Source: Candidatus Dormiibacterota bacterium (GTDB lineage: Bacteria > Chloroflexota > Dormibacteria > CF-121). From it: a stretch of DNA of 64,000 nt. Both the position numbers and the translations under genes were made by a program. This document shows, one piece after another, positions 9,461 to 18,536 of this stretch (the first letter of the stretch is position 1; each line of letters starts with the position of its first letter). Where the stretch lies: positions 1,350 through 65,349 of the forward strand of contig DATEHI010000152.1 of the NCBI GenBank assembly GCA_035279665.1, written 5' to 3'. A model generated the notes under the pieces. It saw only the letters and a list, made by a program, of their open reading frames with translations, did no database searches and was not told the DNA's origin.

Positions 9461-11305
9461 TTACTCGACGGCCTCCATCAGCAGGATCACACTGGGGGCG
9501 CCGCCGAGCACGCCCATGGCGGTGCACTGCACACGGCAGGTGAAGTTCTTCCCGCGCCGGTTGGTCGCCTGCACCGTCAACTCCTGGAACCCGTCGCCGC
9601 CGTTGAGGCATTTCTCGATCGGGTTCGCCAGCTCCGCTAGCGGCAGGCCGATATCGAGTCCGAGCAGTGGCTGGCCGATGGTTTCGTGGGCCTGGACGCC
9701 CCACAGGTCGACGGCTCGCTTGTTCCAGAGCTGGACCCGAAGGTCCTTGTCGAGCACGGCCACACCCAGCTGAAGGTTGGCCATGATCTGTTCCATGAAG
9801 GTGTTCACGCGGTCCAGCTGGATGCTGCGTTCCTGCAACTCGGTATTGATCGTCTGCAACTCGGTGTTCGTCGACTCGAGCTCCTCATTCATCGTCTCGA
9901 GCTCCTCGTTGCTCGATTGGAGCTCCTCGTTAGTGGTTTCCAACTCTTCGACGGTCGACTGCAGTTCCTCGTTGGTGGTCTCCAGCTCTTCGTTGGTCGA
10001 CTGCAATTCCTCGGACGTGGTTTCGAGATCATGCTTGGACCGCTCGAGGTCCCGGTAGATCCCGTTGTATCCGCTGACGTCGGTAAACGAGATGCCGGCG
10101 CCGAGCGGGGTCGCCCCTTTGTCGAGCAATGGCACGACCTCTATGTCGAAATACTGGGGGTCGCCGTTCGGCGCCCGACGCTCGACGTCGTGGGTGACTA
10201 CCGGCAGGCGGTTCCGGTAGGCCTCGTCGATCATCGAGCGCAGATCCAGCGGACGATAGGAAATCTCGAGATCTTGCAGTGGCCGACCCACGTCGGCAGG
10301 GGCAAGGCCAAGGCTCCCGCGCGCCCGCTCATTGATCGAGATGATGAACCCGGCCGTGTCGACAACCACGTGCGCGATCGGCAGCGCGTCGGCCGCCAAC
10401 TCGCGGACGCGCCCCTGGCGGGTCACCTGGTTGGCTGCCTCGGGATTGCCCGCCTGGGCGAGGATGACCAGGCGCTCGCGGAGCGTCTCTTTCGCGACTT
10501 TGCCGAAGACGTGCTGGGTGGCCTCGACTTGCGCAAAGAGGTCACTTCGCCGCAACAGCATTTCCGCCTTGCCCAGGAACAGGTAGCCCTTCTCGGTCAG
10601 TGCATAGTGCAGACGGGCAAGGATCCTCGCCTGCGCCTCCGATTCGAAGTACATCAGCGTATTCCGGCAAATCAGCAGATCGATGCGTGAGATCGGCGCA
10701 TCCTGTAAGAGATCGTGCCGCCCAAAGATGAGCGAGCGTCGGAGATCGCCACGAAGCAGGTAATGGTTCCCCTCGGCCTCGAAGTATTTCTCTCGAAGGC
10801 CGGGGGATACCTCTTCCAGTTCCTTCTCCTCGGCTCTTCCCTGGCGCGCCCGCGTCAGCGCGTCGTCGTCGACGTCGGTGGCGTAGATCTTGGCCCGTTG
10901 TCGATACTCCGTGGTGCCGAGTGCCTCGCAGAGGAGCATCGCGATGCTGTAGGCCTCTTCGCCCGATGCCACGCCGGCGCTCCATACGCGGATCGGCTCG
11001 TAGCGTTCCTTGGTCGCGATGATCTTGGGCAGGATCTCCTGCCGCAGATACTCCCATGCCGGAGCATCTCGAAAGTAGCTGGTCACATTGATGAGGATCG
11101 TGTTGAACAGGGCAGCGAACTCGCCCGGCTGCGCCTCCAGATACTCGAGATAGGCGGCATGGTCCTTGACACCGACGGCCGTCATCCGTTTGGCGACCCG
11201 GCGCACCAAGGTCGTCCGCTTGTAGTCGCCAAAGTCGAAGCCGCGGCTCTCCCGAATGTACTCCAGAAGCCGCTCGAAGTCGGGGCCTGTCGCCTCGCCC
11301 TTCAC
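9461..11305 (-). CDS. cheR: CheR-type protein-glutamate O-methyltransferase fused to PAS / coiled-coil / PAS sensor domains
   Basis: N-terminal CheR SAM-MTase motifs (RVWSAGVASGEEAYSIAMLL, LLICRNTLMYF) are followed by PAS, a heptad-repeat segment (TTSEELQSTNEELETTNEELQ...) and a second PAS. Confidence 0.8.
   Translation of the reverse strand: MKGEATGPDFERLLEYIRESRGFDFGDYKRTTLVRRVAKRMTAVGVKDHAAYLEYLEAQPGEFAALFNTILINVTSYFRDAPAWEYLRQEILPKIIATKERYEPIRVWSAGVASGEEAYSIAMLLCEALGTTEYRQRAKIYATDVDDDALTRARQGRAEEKELEEVSPGLREKYFEAEGNHYLLRGDLRRSLIFGRHDLLQDAPISRIDLLICRNTLMYFESEAQARILARLHYALTEKGYLFLGKAEMLLRRSDLFAQVEATQHVFGKVAKETLRERLVILAQAGNPEAANQVTRQGRVRELAADALPIAHVVVDTAGFIISINERARGSLGLAPADVGRPLQDLEISYRPLDLRSMIDEAYRNRLPVVTHDVERRAPNGDPQYFDIEVVPLLDKGATPLGAGISFTDVSGYNGIYRDLERSKHDLETTSEELQSTNEELETTNEELQSTVEELETTNEELQSSNEELETMNEELESTNTELQTINTELQERSIQLDRVNTFMEQIMANLQLGVAVLDKDLRVQLWNKRAVDLWGVQAHETIGQPLLGLDIGLPLAELANPIEKCLNGGDGFQELTVQATNRRGKNFTCRVQCTAMGVLGGAPSVILLMEAVE
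9805..10045 (-). repeat. Imperfect 21-nt (heptad-coding) tandem DNA repeats inside cheR encoding the EELQSTNEELETTNEEL coiled coil
   Basis: The plus strand shows reiterated gagctcctcgttg..t.g..t units between about 9880 and 10020. Confidence 0.6.
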
Positions 11306-11976
11306 CGAACCACCCCTTGTGCGACCAGGGTCGTAAGGGCCGGCGGGATCTCCTCGAGCCGAAGAATGAAATCGGCATGGCCCGACTTGATCGCCGCCCC
11401 GGGCATACCGAAAAACTCCGCCGACTCCTGAGCCTGGGCGATCACGGTACCACCCATCTTCTTGATCGCCCCGATGCCGAGCGATCCATCGCTTCCGGTT
11501 CCGGTGAGGACCACCGCAATCGCGCGGTCCTTGTAGCTTGCCGCTACCGATTCGAAGAGCAGGTCGGCGCTCGGCCGGACGAAATGGACCAGCTCGGATT
11601 GCGTCAGCGACAGGCTCCCGTCCCGATTGACCAGGAGATGACGGTCGGGCGGCGCGATGTGCACCGTTCCCGGCCGGATGTGATCACCCTCCGCGGCCTG
11701 GACGACCTCGAGCGGGGTCCGCCGGCGAAGGATCTCGGCCATCAGGCTGCGGTGGCGCGGATCCAGATGTTGGACCACGACAATCGCCGCCGGGAAGCCG
11801 GCCGGGAGGCTCTCCAGGATGTGCCCGATCGCCGCGATGCCACCCGCCGACGAGGCCAGGGCGACCACGTCGTAGGCCGTCAGCGGAAACCGCTGGGCGG
11901 GTTTGGGCGGATCGAGATCGTCAGGCTCGGCTGAGGGCGGTGTTTGCTGGACCAACGTGCCCCTCCTTGGGCCCAT
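11302..11976 (-). CDS. cheB: CheB-type protein-glutamate methylesterase, catalytic domain only (no receiver)
   Basis: VVALASSAGGIAAIGHILESLP...VVVQHLDP...AIAVVLTGTGSDG is the CheB_methylest signature. There is a 4-nt overlap with the downstream cheR start. Confidence 0.8.
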   Translation of the reverse strand: MGPRRGTLVQQTPPSAEPDDLDPPKPAQRFPLTAYDVVALASSAGGIAAIGHILESLPAGFPAAIVVVQHLDPRHRSLMAEILRRRTPLEVVQAAEGDHIRPGTVHIAPPDRHLLVNRDGSLSLTQSELVHFVRPSADLLFESVAASYKDRAIAVVLTGTGSDGSLGIGAIKKMGGTVIAQAQESAEFFGMPGAAIKSGHADFILRLEEIPPALTTLVAQGVVR

Positions 11977-12070
11977 GCTACCCCCGCATCGATGCCGCGT
12001 GTATTAGGTGCAGCCGTGTGGGGTAGCGTAGTATCGGGACGTGGCCCGCGTCAGTGCCCCCGGCCAGCCA

Positions 12071-12610
12071 ATGAGTGAGCTCTACCTGATCCAGGGCGAG
12101 GAGCCCGACACGAGAGACCTCGACGATGCACGCCAGTGGGTCACGATCTACCGCGAGCTCGTCACCTTCGCCGAGCGAACCCTGAGCCGGTTGCGACGAG
12201 GCGCCGGCAACAACACGGACAGAGACCACGCGGCGGCCAGTGATGCGGACGAGCGTGGGATGGAAGGGCACCTACGGCGCCTGCAGTCGCGGCTCGACTT
12301 CTGGGAGCGCCGCCTGTGGGACCTCGCCGGTCTCGACCTCGACATTCGGCGGCGCGTGCTCACCTATGCGGGGCGGCGGCTGACCCTGACCCGTCGCGAA
12401 GCGGAATTGCTGTCCTTCCTCGCCCGGCGGCCCGGCCAGTTCTTCTCGGCGGCGCAGTTGGTCAGCCTTGCCTGGGCCGCGCCCGAGCTTTCCGCCGAGC
12501 AACTTCGCACCTATGTCGTCCGGCTGCGACGCCATCTGGCGACCACAGGGGTCCCGGCCCGACTGGTGAGCGAGCCACGCCGCGGCTACGGGCTGGTCTT
12601 CACCGCGTGA
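12071..12610 (+). CDS. OmpR/PhoB-type winged-helix DNA-binding protein without receiver domain
   Basis: The C-terminus (LTLTRREAELLSFLARRPGQFFSAAQLVSLAW...LRTYVVRLRRHL...EPRRGYGL) is a trans_reg_C domain. The start is chosen at MSELYLIQ; 12041 is an alternative. Confidence 0.55.
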   Translation: MSELYLIQGEEPDTRDLDDARQWVTIYRELVTFAERTLSRLRRGAGNNTDRDHAAASDADERGMEGHLRRLQSRLDFWERRLWDLAGLDLDIRRRVLTYAGRRLTLTRREAELLSFLARRPGQFFSAAQLVSLAWAAPELSAEQLRTYVVRLRRHLATTGVPARLVSEPRRGYGLVFTA

Positions 12611-12618
12611 GCACCTCA

Positions 12619-13014
12619 ATGCCGCAGCGAAACAATGTCCTGCAACTTCGGCCCCAACGCCCGCCGGCCGCGGCGGCCCTAGCGGCTGACGAGTCGGCGT
12701 CGCGGATGGCCATCACGGTCCGCACCCAGCTGTCGCTGCTGCAGGGATATGCCGACATCATGGAGGGCTTGTCCCCCGAGCTGACGAAGCAGATCCTCCA
12801 GATCATGGCGCAGAAAACTCGGGATCTCGGTTCCTTGCTTCAGCCATTCACCGAGCAAACACCGGCAGCGCGGCCCGACATCGGCGACTACCGCCGCGTG
12901 CGGCAACGGACCCGCCACCTGATTGCGGAGTATCGCCTCTTGCTCGAGGGCCTCCACACGCGCGTGTCGGAGGCGCGCGAGCACGTCAGCGGACCCGGGG
13001 AAAAACACGGCTAA
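12619..13014 (+). CDS. Hypothetical protein (131 aa)
   Basis: ATG at 12619 lies 9 nt after the upstream stop. The ORF is in-frame and non-repetitive, with no recognisable domain. Confidence 0.35.
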   Translation: MPQRNNVLQLRPQRPPAAAALAADESASRMAITVRTQLSLLQGYADIMEGLSPELTKQILQIMAQKTRDLGSLLQPFTEQTPAARPDIGDYRRVRQRTRHLIAEYRLLLEGLHTRVSEAREHVSGPGEKHG

Positions 13015-13025
13015 CTGCTGAACCC

Positions 13026-14714
13026 GTGACCGTCGTCGAGTTGCGCGTGCTCGACGGGCCCAACCTCTACTTCACGCGGCCCGCCATCAAGCTGACGCTC
13101 GAGGTGGCTCCCTGGCTGGCCCTCCCAGACGAGCGGGCGCAACGCCTCGCCAGGCGGGCCGGCTTCACACCGGCGGCGACCGCGGGCGCGCCCAGGAGCG
13201 ACCAGCGCCGCCGCTATGTCGCCCGCTTCGCGGTGCACATCGCGCGTCTGCTGGCTGACGCAACCGCGACGCACCTCGCGATTCGCGGCCGGCCTGGTCC
13301 GGACGCCGAGCAGATCGTGGTGGCGTTCGTGTGGCGCCGGCAGCGGGCCGCGGAAGCGTTCGCGCGCGAGCTCGCCCCGCTGCTGGAGTTATGCCTCGAC
13401 GGGCGCCGATCGCTCGAACGGGCCATCGCGGAAGCGGCGGATCGCCTGGGCAGCATGGAGCCCGGGCCGGCGCCGACGGTGCTGCGCCCCACCATTCCCA
13501 TCATCGCGGTGACGGGGACCAACGGCAAGACCACCACCGTGCGGTTGATCGCGCAGCTGGCGCGTATGGCCGGGCACACCGTCGCCTTCACGACGACCGA
13601 CGGGGTCTATCGCGACGACGAGCTGGTCGAGGCGGGCGACTACTCCGGGTTCAGCGGGGCGGCCAAGGCGCTGGCGCAGCCCGGCATCGACCTCGCGGTG
13701 CTGGAGACGGCACGCGGCGGGATCCTGCTCCGAGGGATGGGCACCGACCATAACGACGTGGCGGTGGTGACCAATGTGACCGAGGACCACCTTGATCAAT
13801 ACGGGATCCGCACCCTCGACCAGCTGGCGGAAGTCAAAGCGGCGATCACCAAGATCACGAGGCCGGACGGCTGGGACGTGCTCAATGCCGACGATCCACG
13901 AGTGCTGGCGATGCGACGGTTGGCGGCGGGCCGCCCCTGGCTCTTCTCGCTGGACGCGGACCACCCGGCGATTCGCACGACGCTGGCCGAGGGTGGGCGC
14001 GCGATCTCGGTTCTCGATGGCGCCCTCGTCCTTATCACCTCCGGCCGTCAGGGTCACCGACTCGTCCCGATCGAGGATGTGCCGGTTACGCTGGCGGGCA
14101 TTTCCAGCCATAACGTGAGCAACGCGATGGCGGCGGCGGCGGCCGCCCTTGGTGCGGGGATCCCAGAGGAGGCCGTCATCGAGGGGCTTCGCTCCTTCGT
14201 GTTGGACCCGGAGCGCAATCCTGGCCGGGCCAATATTTTCGAAGTCGATCGCCGCGTGGTGGTCATCGATTACGCCCATAACGAAGACGGCATGCGCGGC
14301 TTGATCGAGATCTGCCAGGGGCTGCGAGCACCGGGCGCCGGCATCGTTCTGGCGTTTGGCTCGGCCGGCGACCGGACCAACGCCATCCTCCACCGGCTGG
14401 GATACACGGCGGCGCGTGGTCCGGACCGGGTCGCGATCGCCGAGCTGCATCGGTACCTGCGCGGCCGCGATCCCCAGGACCTGGTCCACCGGCTGCAGGC
14501 GGGGCTTACGGACGGCGGGAAGCCGAAGTCTCCTGTGTTTCCCAACGAGCTCGAGGCGCTCGAATGGATGTTGGCGGCGTCGGCACCCAACGATGTGATC
14601 GCAATCACTGCGCTGGGGCAGCGCCCCCAGATCTTCCAGTACCTGCGCGACCGGGGCGGAGCACCGGTCGCCCCGCTCCGCATCCGGGAACTGGTGCGGC
14701 GCGCGCGGACCTAA
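13026..14714 (+). CDS. Cyanophycin-synthetase-like protein lacking the ATP-grasp (G) domain (CphA N-domain plus Mur-ligase M-domain; CphA2-like)
   Basis: The N-terminus MTVVELRVLDGPNLYFTRPAIKLTLEV parallels the CphA N-domain and the downstream cphA (ILESQVLRGPNFWSYDPAIRLLVDL). It is followed directly by the Mur-ligase P-loop IIAVTGTNGKTTT at about residue 165. The ~300-aa ATP-grasp segment is therefore absent. Confidence 0.65.
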   Translation: MTVVELRVLDGPNLYFTRPAIKLTLEVAPWLALPDERAQRLARRAGFTPAATAGAPRSDQRRRYVARFAVHIARLLADATATHLAIRGRPGPDAEQIVVAFVWRRQRAAEAFARELAPLLELCLDGRRSLERAIAEAADRLGSMEPGPAPTVLRPTIPIIAVTGTNGKTTTVRLIAQLARMAGHTVAFTTTDGVYRDDELVEAGDYSGFSGAAKALAQPGIDLAVLETARGGILLRGMGTDHNDVAVVTNVTEDHLDQYGIRTLDQLAEVKAAITKITRPDGWDVLNADDPRVLAMRRLAAGRPWLFSLDADHPAIRTTLAEGGRAISVLDGALVLITSGRQGHRLVPIEDVPVTLAGISSHNVSNAMAAAAAALGAGIPEEAVIEGLRSFVLDPERNPGRANIFEVDRRVVVIDYAHNEDGMRGLIEICQGLRAPGAGIVLAFGSAGDRTNAILHRLGYTAARGPDRVAIAELHRYLRGRDPQDLVHRLQAGLTDGGKPKSPVFPNELEALEWMLAASAPNDVIAITALGQRPQIFQYLRDRGGAPVAPLRIRELVRRART

Positions 14715-17470
14715 GTCCCGGGCGAGACGGGCAACGCCCGGCGCGCCTCGAGGTTGCGCCAGGTGTCGGCGGGCTTGTCGACGCAGAGGAGGACCACATC
14801 GCCGGCGCTGGCGCGGCCGAGGGCGGCGTCGATGGCCGGTCCCTCGTCGATGATGATCTCGGCGCTCTGCACGCGGCTCTCGGCGGCGGCCTTGATGCCC
14901 TCCATCACGTGGCCGGCGATCTCGCCACGCTGCCGACCGCGAGGGTTCGCGTCTTCGCGCACGATCAGGATGTCGAAGACGCGCGCCGCCACCCGCCCGA
15001 GCTCGCGCATGTCCTCGTTCCGGCGATCACCAGGGGTTGCGATCACGGCGATGCGGCGCCCCGGCTCGGGTCCGTTGACCCCTGGCGCCGTGAGGCGCTC
15101 CACGAAGTCTCCGGCCAGCGCGAGGCCATGCGGGTTATGGGCGTAGTCGACGATCACCTTCACGCCGTGCAGCTCGAACATGTTGAGGCGTCCGGGCGCT
15201 TCGTGGAACGATGGATGGAAGCTGCGCAGCCCCTGCCGGATGTCGTGCAGGTGGGCGCCGGCGGCGTGGGCCGCCGCCGCTGCGGCCAGCGCATTCTGGA
15301 CGTTCGCCCGCGCCCGACCCTCGAAGGTGGCCGGGATCAGGTGGATCCAGGCGATCTGCGTGCTGCGCCGGCCCTCGCGCAGCACCATCATCTCGCGGCC
15401 GCCCGGCTGCGTCTCGATGACGAAGGCTTTGCGGCCGCGACGCACCCAGCGACCCACCAACTCGTTGTCGTCGCGCATCGAGAAAAGGATGACCGACCCG
15501 CTGCAGTGGGTCCGCATCTCGGCGACCAGCTCGTCATCGGCGTTGAGGACGGCGGTGCCGCTGCGGGGAACGGCCTCGACAATGACCCGCTTGATGGCGG
15601 CCAGCTGGCGCAACGAGTTCACCTCTTTGAGGCCGATGTGGTCGCCGGTGACGTTCAGCACGACCGCGACGTCGTTCGCGCTGTAACCAAGGCCCTCCCG
15701 AAGGATCCCACCGCGAGCGACCTCGAAGACGGCAAAGTCGACGCGAGGATTCTGGAGCACCATGCGGGCGGAGCGCGGGCCGCTCGCGTCGGCCGGCTTG
15801 ACCAGCCGGCCGTCGATATAGATGCCGTCGGTGGTCGTCATCCCGACCTTGTGGCCGAGGCCTCTGACGATGTGGGCGATCATGCGCGCCGTGGTCGTCT
15901 TGCCGTTCGAGCCGGTGACGGCGACGATCGGGATGCGCGAGGGCGTACCTTGCGGGAACAGCAGATCGATGACGGCCTTCGCCACATACTGCGGCTCGCC
16001 CTCGGTAGGGTGGGTGTGCATCCGAAAGCCGGGGGCGGCGTTCACCTCGACGATCGCCCCTCCAGTTTCGCGCACCGGCTGGCAGATGTCAGGCGTCAGG
16101 AAGTCGATGCCTGCCACGTCGAGACCGACCACGCGCGCCGCCTCTTCGGCGATCTCGACGTTGTCGTGATCCGCCTCCATGGTGCGGTCGATCGAGATGC
16201 CTCCGGTCGACATGTTGGCGGTCGCCGCCAGCTTGACGACCGCATCCTTTGGCGCAATCTCGTCGAGGCCGAATCCCTGCCGTTTGACCAGCGCGTCGGC
16301 GGCGTCATCGATCTTGATCCGGGTCAGCACCTTTTCGTGGCCGATGCCGCGCCTGGGATCGCGGTTAGTGATGTCGACCAGCTCGCGCACCGTGTGTTCC
16401 CCGTCGCCGATGACGTGCGCGGGAACCCGCTCGGCGACCGCAACCATGTGGCCGTCGATGACGAGCACCCGATAGTCGTTGCCCTTGATAAAACTCTCCA
16501 CCACGACCACACCGCTGCGCGTCTGGCGGATGGCTCGCTCAAAGGCCCGACGGACGTCTTCCTCGGTGCGCAGGTCGAGACTCACGCCGCGTCCATGGTT
16601 GCCGTCGAGCGGCTTCAACACCACCGGATAACCGATGCGCGCGGCGATTGCCGCGGCCTCGTCCGCGGATCGGACGGTATCGCTGCGGGGCACCGGCAGC
16701 CCCGCTGAGGCGAGCAAGGACGTGGTCAGCTTCTTGTCACCCGCGATGTCCACACCCAGCGCCGAGGTGCGGGACGTCATGGTGGCGCGGATGCGCTGCT
16801 GGTATTTGCCCTGTCCGAGCTGGACAAAGGACTGCTCGTTCAGCCGGATGTAGGGGATGTCGCGGCGTGCGGCTTCGTCGAGAATCGCCTGGGTCGAGGG
16901 GCCGAACGCGGCCTGGTCGGCCAGCAGCACCAGGCTCTCCAGCTCGGCGACGAAGTCGAAGGTCGGGTTGGGTTCCACCAGGTGATTGAGCAGCCGGACG
17001 GCAAGCTTCCCGGCCGCCAGTCCGACCTGTTCCTCGTTGTAGCCGTAGACCACGTTGTAATAGCCGGGCGTACCCGCCCGCCGCGTCTTGCCTCGCGTCG
17101 TGCTCGCGCCGGTTTCGCGCTGGAGCTCGAGCGCAACGTGCTCGGCGACGTGGCCCATCCACGTCCCGTCGCGGAGACGCTCGATGAAGCCGCCCGGGCG
17201 GTGGAGCGAGCAGCCGTGATCCTGCAGGCCGGGCAGCAGGTCGATCAGCGCCTCGTTGAAGGCGGGGATCGTGTTCGAGGGCCAGTGCTCGAGCGAGCCG
17301 AGGTCGACGAGCAGGCGAATCGCCGGGTCGTAGGACCAGAAGTTGGGTCCACGCAGCACCTGGCTTTCCAGGATCTTGAGGTTCGGCTTTAGCGGCGGTT
17401 TGTTCTCGACGGGCTCGTGCTTGGCATCCTCGTCGCGCTCGACTCGCGTCTCCATGCGCGACTCGCTCAC
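14711..17470 (-). CDS. cphA: Cyanophycin synthetase CphA (N-domain, ATP-grasp, Mur-ligase domains; 919 aa)
   Basis: ATP-grasp motifs (YPVVLKPLDGNHGRGV, DYRVLVIDGHMVAV) and the Mur-ligase motif IVAVTGSNGKTTT are present. The start ATG overlaps the cphB stop (ATGA). Confidence 0.85.
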   Translation of the reverse strand: MSESRMETRVERDEDAKHEPVENKPPLKPNLKILESQVLRGPNFWSYDPAIRLLVDLGSLEHWPSNTIPAFNEALIDLLPGLQDHGCSLHRPGGFIERLRDGTWMGHVAEHVALELQRETGASTTRGKTRRAGTPGYYNVVYGYNEEQVGLAAGKLAVRLLNHLVEPNPTFDFVAELESLVLLADQAAFGPSTQAILDEAARRDIPYIRLNEQSFVQLGQGKYQQRIRATMTSRTSALGVDIAGDKKLTTSLLASAGLPVPRSDTVRSADEAAAIAARIGYPVVLKPLDGNHGRGVSLDLRTEEDVRRAFERAIRQTRSGVVVVESFIKGNDYRVLVIDGHMVAVAERVPAHVIGDGEHTVRELVDITNRDPRRGIGHEKVLTRIKIDDAADALVKRQGFGLDEIAPKDAVVKLAATANMSTGGISIDRTMEADHDNVEIAEEAARVVGLDVAGIDFLTPDICQPVRETGGAIVEVNAAPGFRMHTHPTEGEPQYVAKAVIDLLFPQGTPSRIPIVAVTGSNGKTTTARMIAHIVRGLGHKVGMTTTDGIYIDGRLVKPADASGPRSARMVLQNPRVDFAVFEVARGGILREGLGYSANDVAVVLNVTGDHIGLKEVNSLRQLAAIKRVIVEAVPRSGTAVLNADDELVAEMRTHCSGSVILFSMRDDNELVGRWVRRGRKAFVIETQPGGREMMVLREGRRSTQIAWIHLIPATFEGRARANVQNALAAAAAAHAAGAHLHDIRQGLRSFHPSFHEAPGRLNMFELHGVKVIVDYAHNPHGLALAGDFVERLTAPGVNGPEPGRRIAVIATPGDRRNEDMRELGRVAARVFDILIVREDANPRGRQRGEIAGHVMEGIKAAAESRVQSAEIIIDEGPAIDAALGRASAGDVVLLCVDKPADTWRNLEARRALPVSPGT

Positions 17471-18399
17471 TCCGAGGCCTTTCGATCCTCGAGACGGCGC
17501 ACCATCTTTCGAACGCGGCCCTGCGCCATCTGGGCGAGATGCTCGTCCTTGGCGAGGACCCGCGGCAGCACGCGGCGCGCGCGCAAGTCGAATCGGTAAC
17601 CGGATGGGAGGGAGTGGAGGCGCGCGTTCGACACCATCATCGGCTTGTGACCGGTCGTCTGGAAAGCGTCGGTGATCACATCGGTGCCGTCGACGATCGT
17701 CACCGAGCCCCGGCCGATCACTTCGAGGACATCATTGGCATCGATGATGGCGGCGGTATCCTCATCGAGGCCCAGCCCGATCAGCGAGGGCGACTGCGCG
17801 ACCACCGCGAGCAGTCGGCCGAGCCGGGTGCGCTGCTCGAAGTGCTGATCGACCACGACGTCGACGAGCAGCCCCAGACCGACCGAGACGTTCGCCATCC
17901 GGTGCTTCGGCGTGGCACCCGAGCTGCCGAACGCCATCATGTGGGTCGCAACCGCGCTCGCGCCCGCGGATGTCCCCGCCACGACGACCCCGCGGCCGTG
18001 GGCGTCGAGCATGGCGGCGCCGAGCTTGGTTCCGCCGATCACGGAGGATAATCGCAGCTGATTACCGCCGGTCATGAAGATGCCGGTGATGTCCTTGAGC
18101 GCCTCGACCATAAGCGGATCGTTGGCCTCTTCGCGAGTTTCCGGACGGAGTCCGGTGACCTTGCTCACGCCGACCCGAGCGAAGATCTGACCGTACAGGT
18201 CCGTCGCCGCATCGCCGAGGGAAGAGGCGGTGCTGATCACGGCGATGCGGGCATGATCGCCACCGGCAAGCTGGGCGAAGCGCGACAGGATGACCCGCTC
18301 GCCCAGTTTGTCCTCGGCGCCGCCGATGACCATGACCGGCCCGACCGGGCCGCCGTCAGTGGTGGGAGCAAGCCGCTGCGGAGCGGACGCGTCGGTCAT
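17467..18399 (-). CDS. cphB: Cyanophycinase CphB (peptidase S51)
   Basis: VMVIGGAEDK...GTSAGASAV... matches the S51 catalytic Ser context. The gene is translationally coupled to cphA. Confidence 0.85.
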   Translation of the reverse strand: MTDASAPQRLAPTTDGGPVGPVMVIGGAEDKLGERVILSRFAQLAGGDHARIAVISTASSLGDAATDLYGQIFARVGVSKVTGLRPETREEANDPLMVEALKDITGIFMTGGNQLRLSSVIGGTKLGAAMLDAHGRGVVVAGTSAGASAVATHMMAFGSSGATPKHRMANVSVGLGLLVDVVVDQHFEQRTRLGRLLAVVAQSPSLIGLGLDEDTAAIIDANDVLEVIGRGSVTIVDGTDVITDAFQTTGHKPMMVSNARLHSLPSGYRFDLRARRVLPRVLAKDEHLAQMAQGRVRKMVRRLEDRKASE

Positions 18400-18536
18400 T
18401 CACGACAGTGTACCGGCGCTCGTATTCCGGCGCTTCGGCTATTTTTTGCGGAATCTTATATGATTGATGTCACATCGTCTGCCAGGCTGGGTTAGCGATC
18501 GGCCTTCCTCGTGCGACGACATGAGTACGGGACTAT

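Noticed and set aside
14564-16708. 714-aa ORF on the + strand (and many similar long ORFs, e.g. 504..1616, 4850..5953, 35732..36943, 52909..54342, 51595..52282 portion)
   Set aside because: These are antisense or out-of-frame relative to well-supported genes (cphA, MFS, GH15, glnA, membrane protein, pmt). They are Arg/Gly/Ala/Pro-rich with no domain signatures, typical of open antisense frames in 70% GC DNA.
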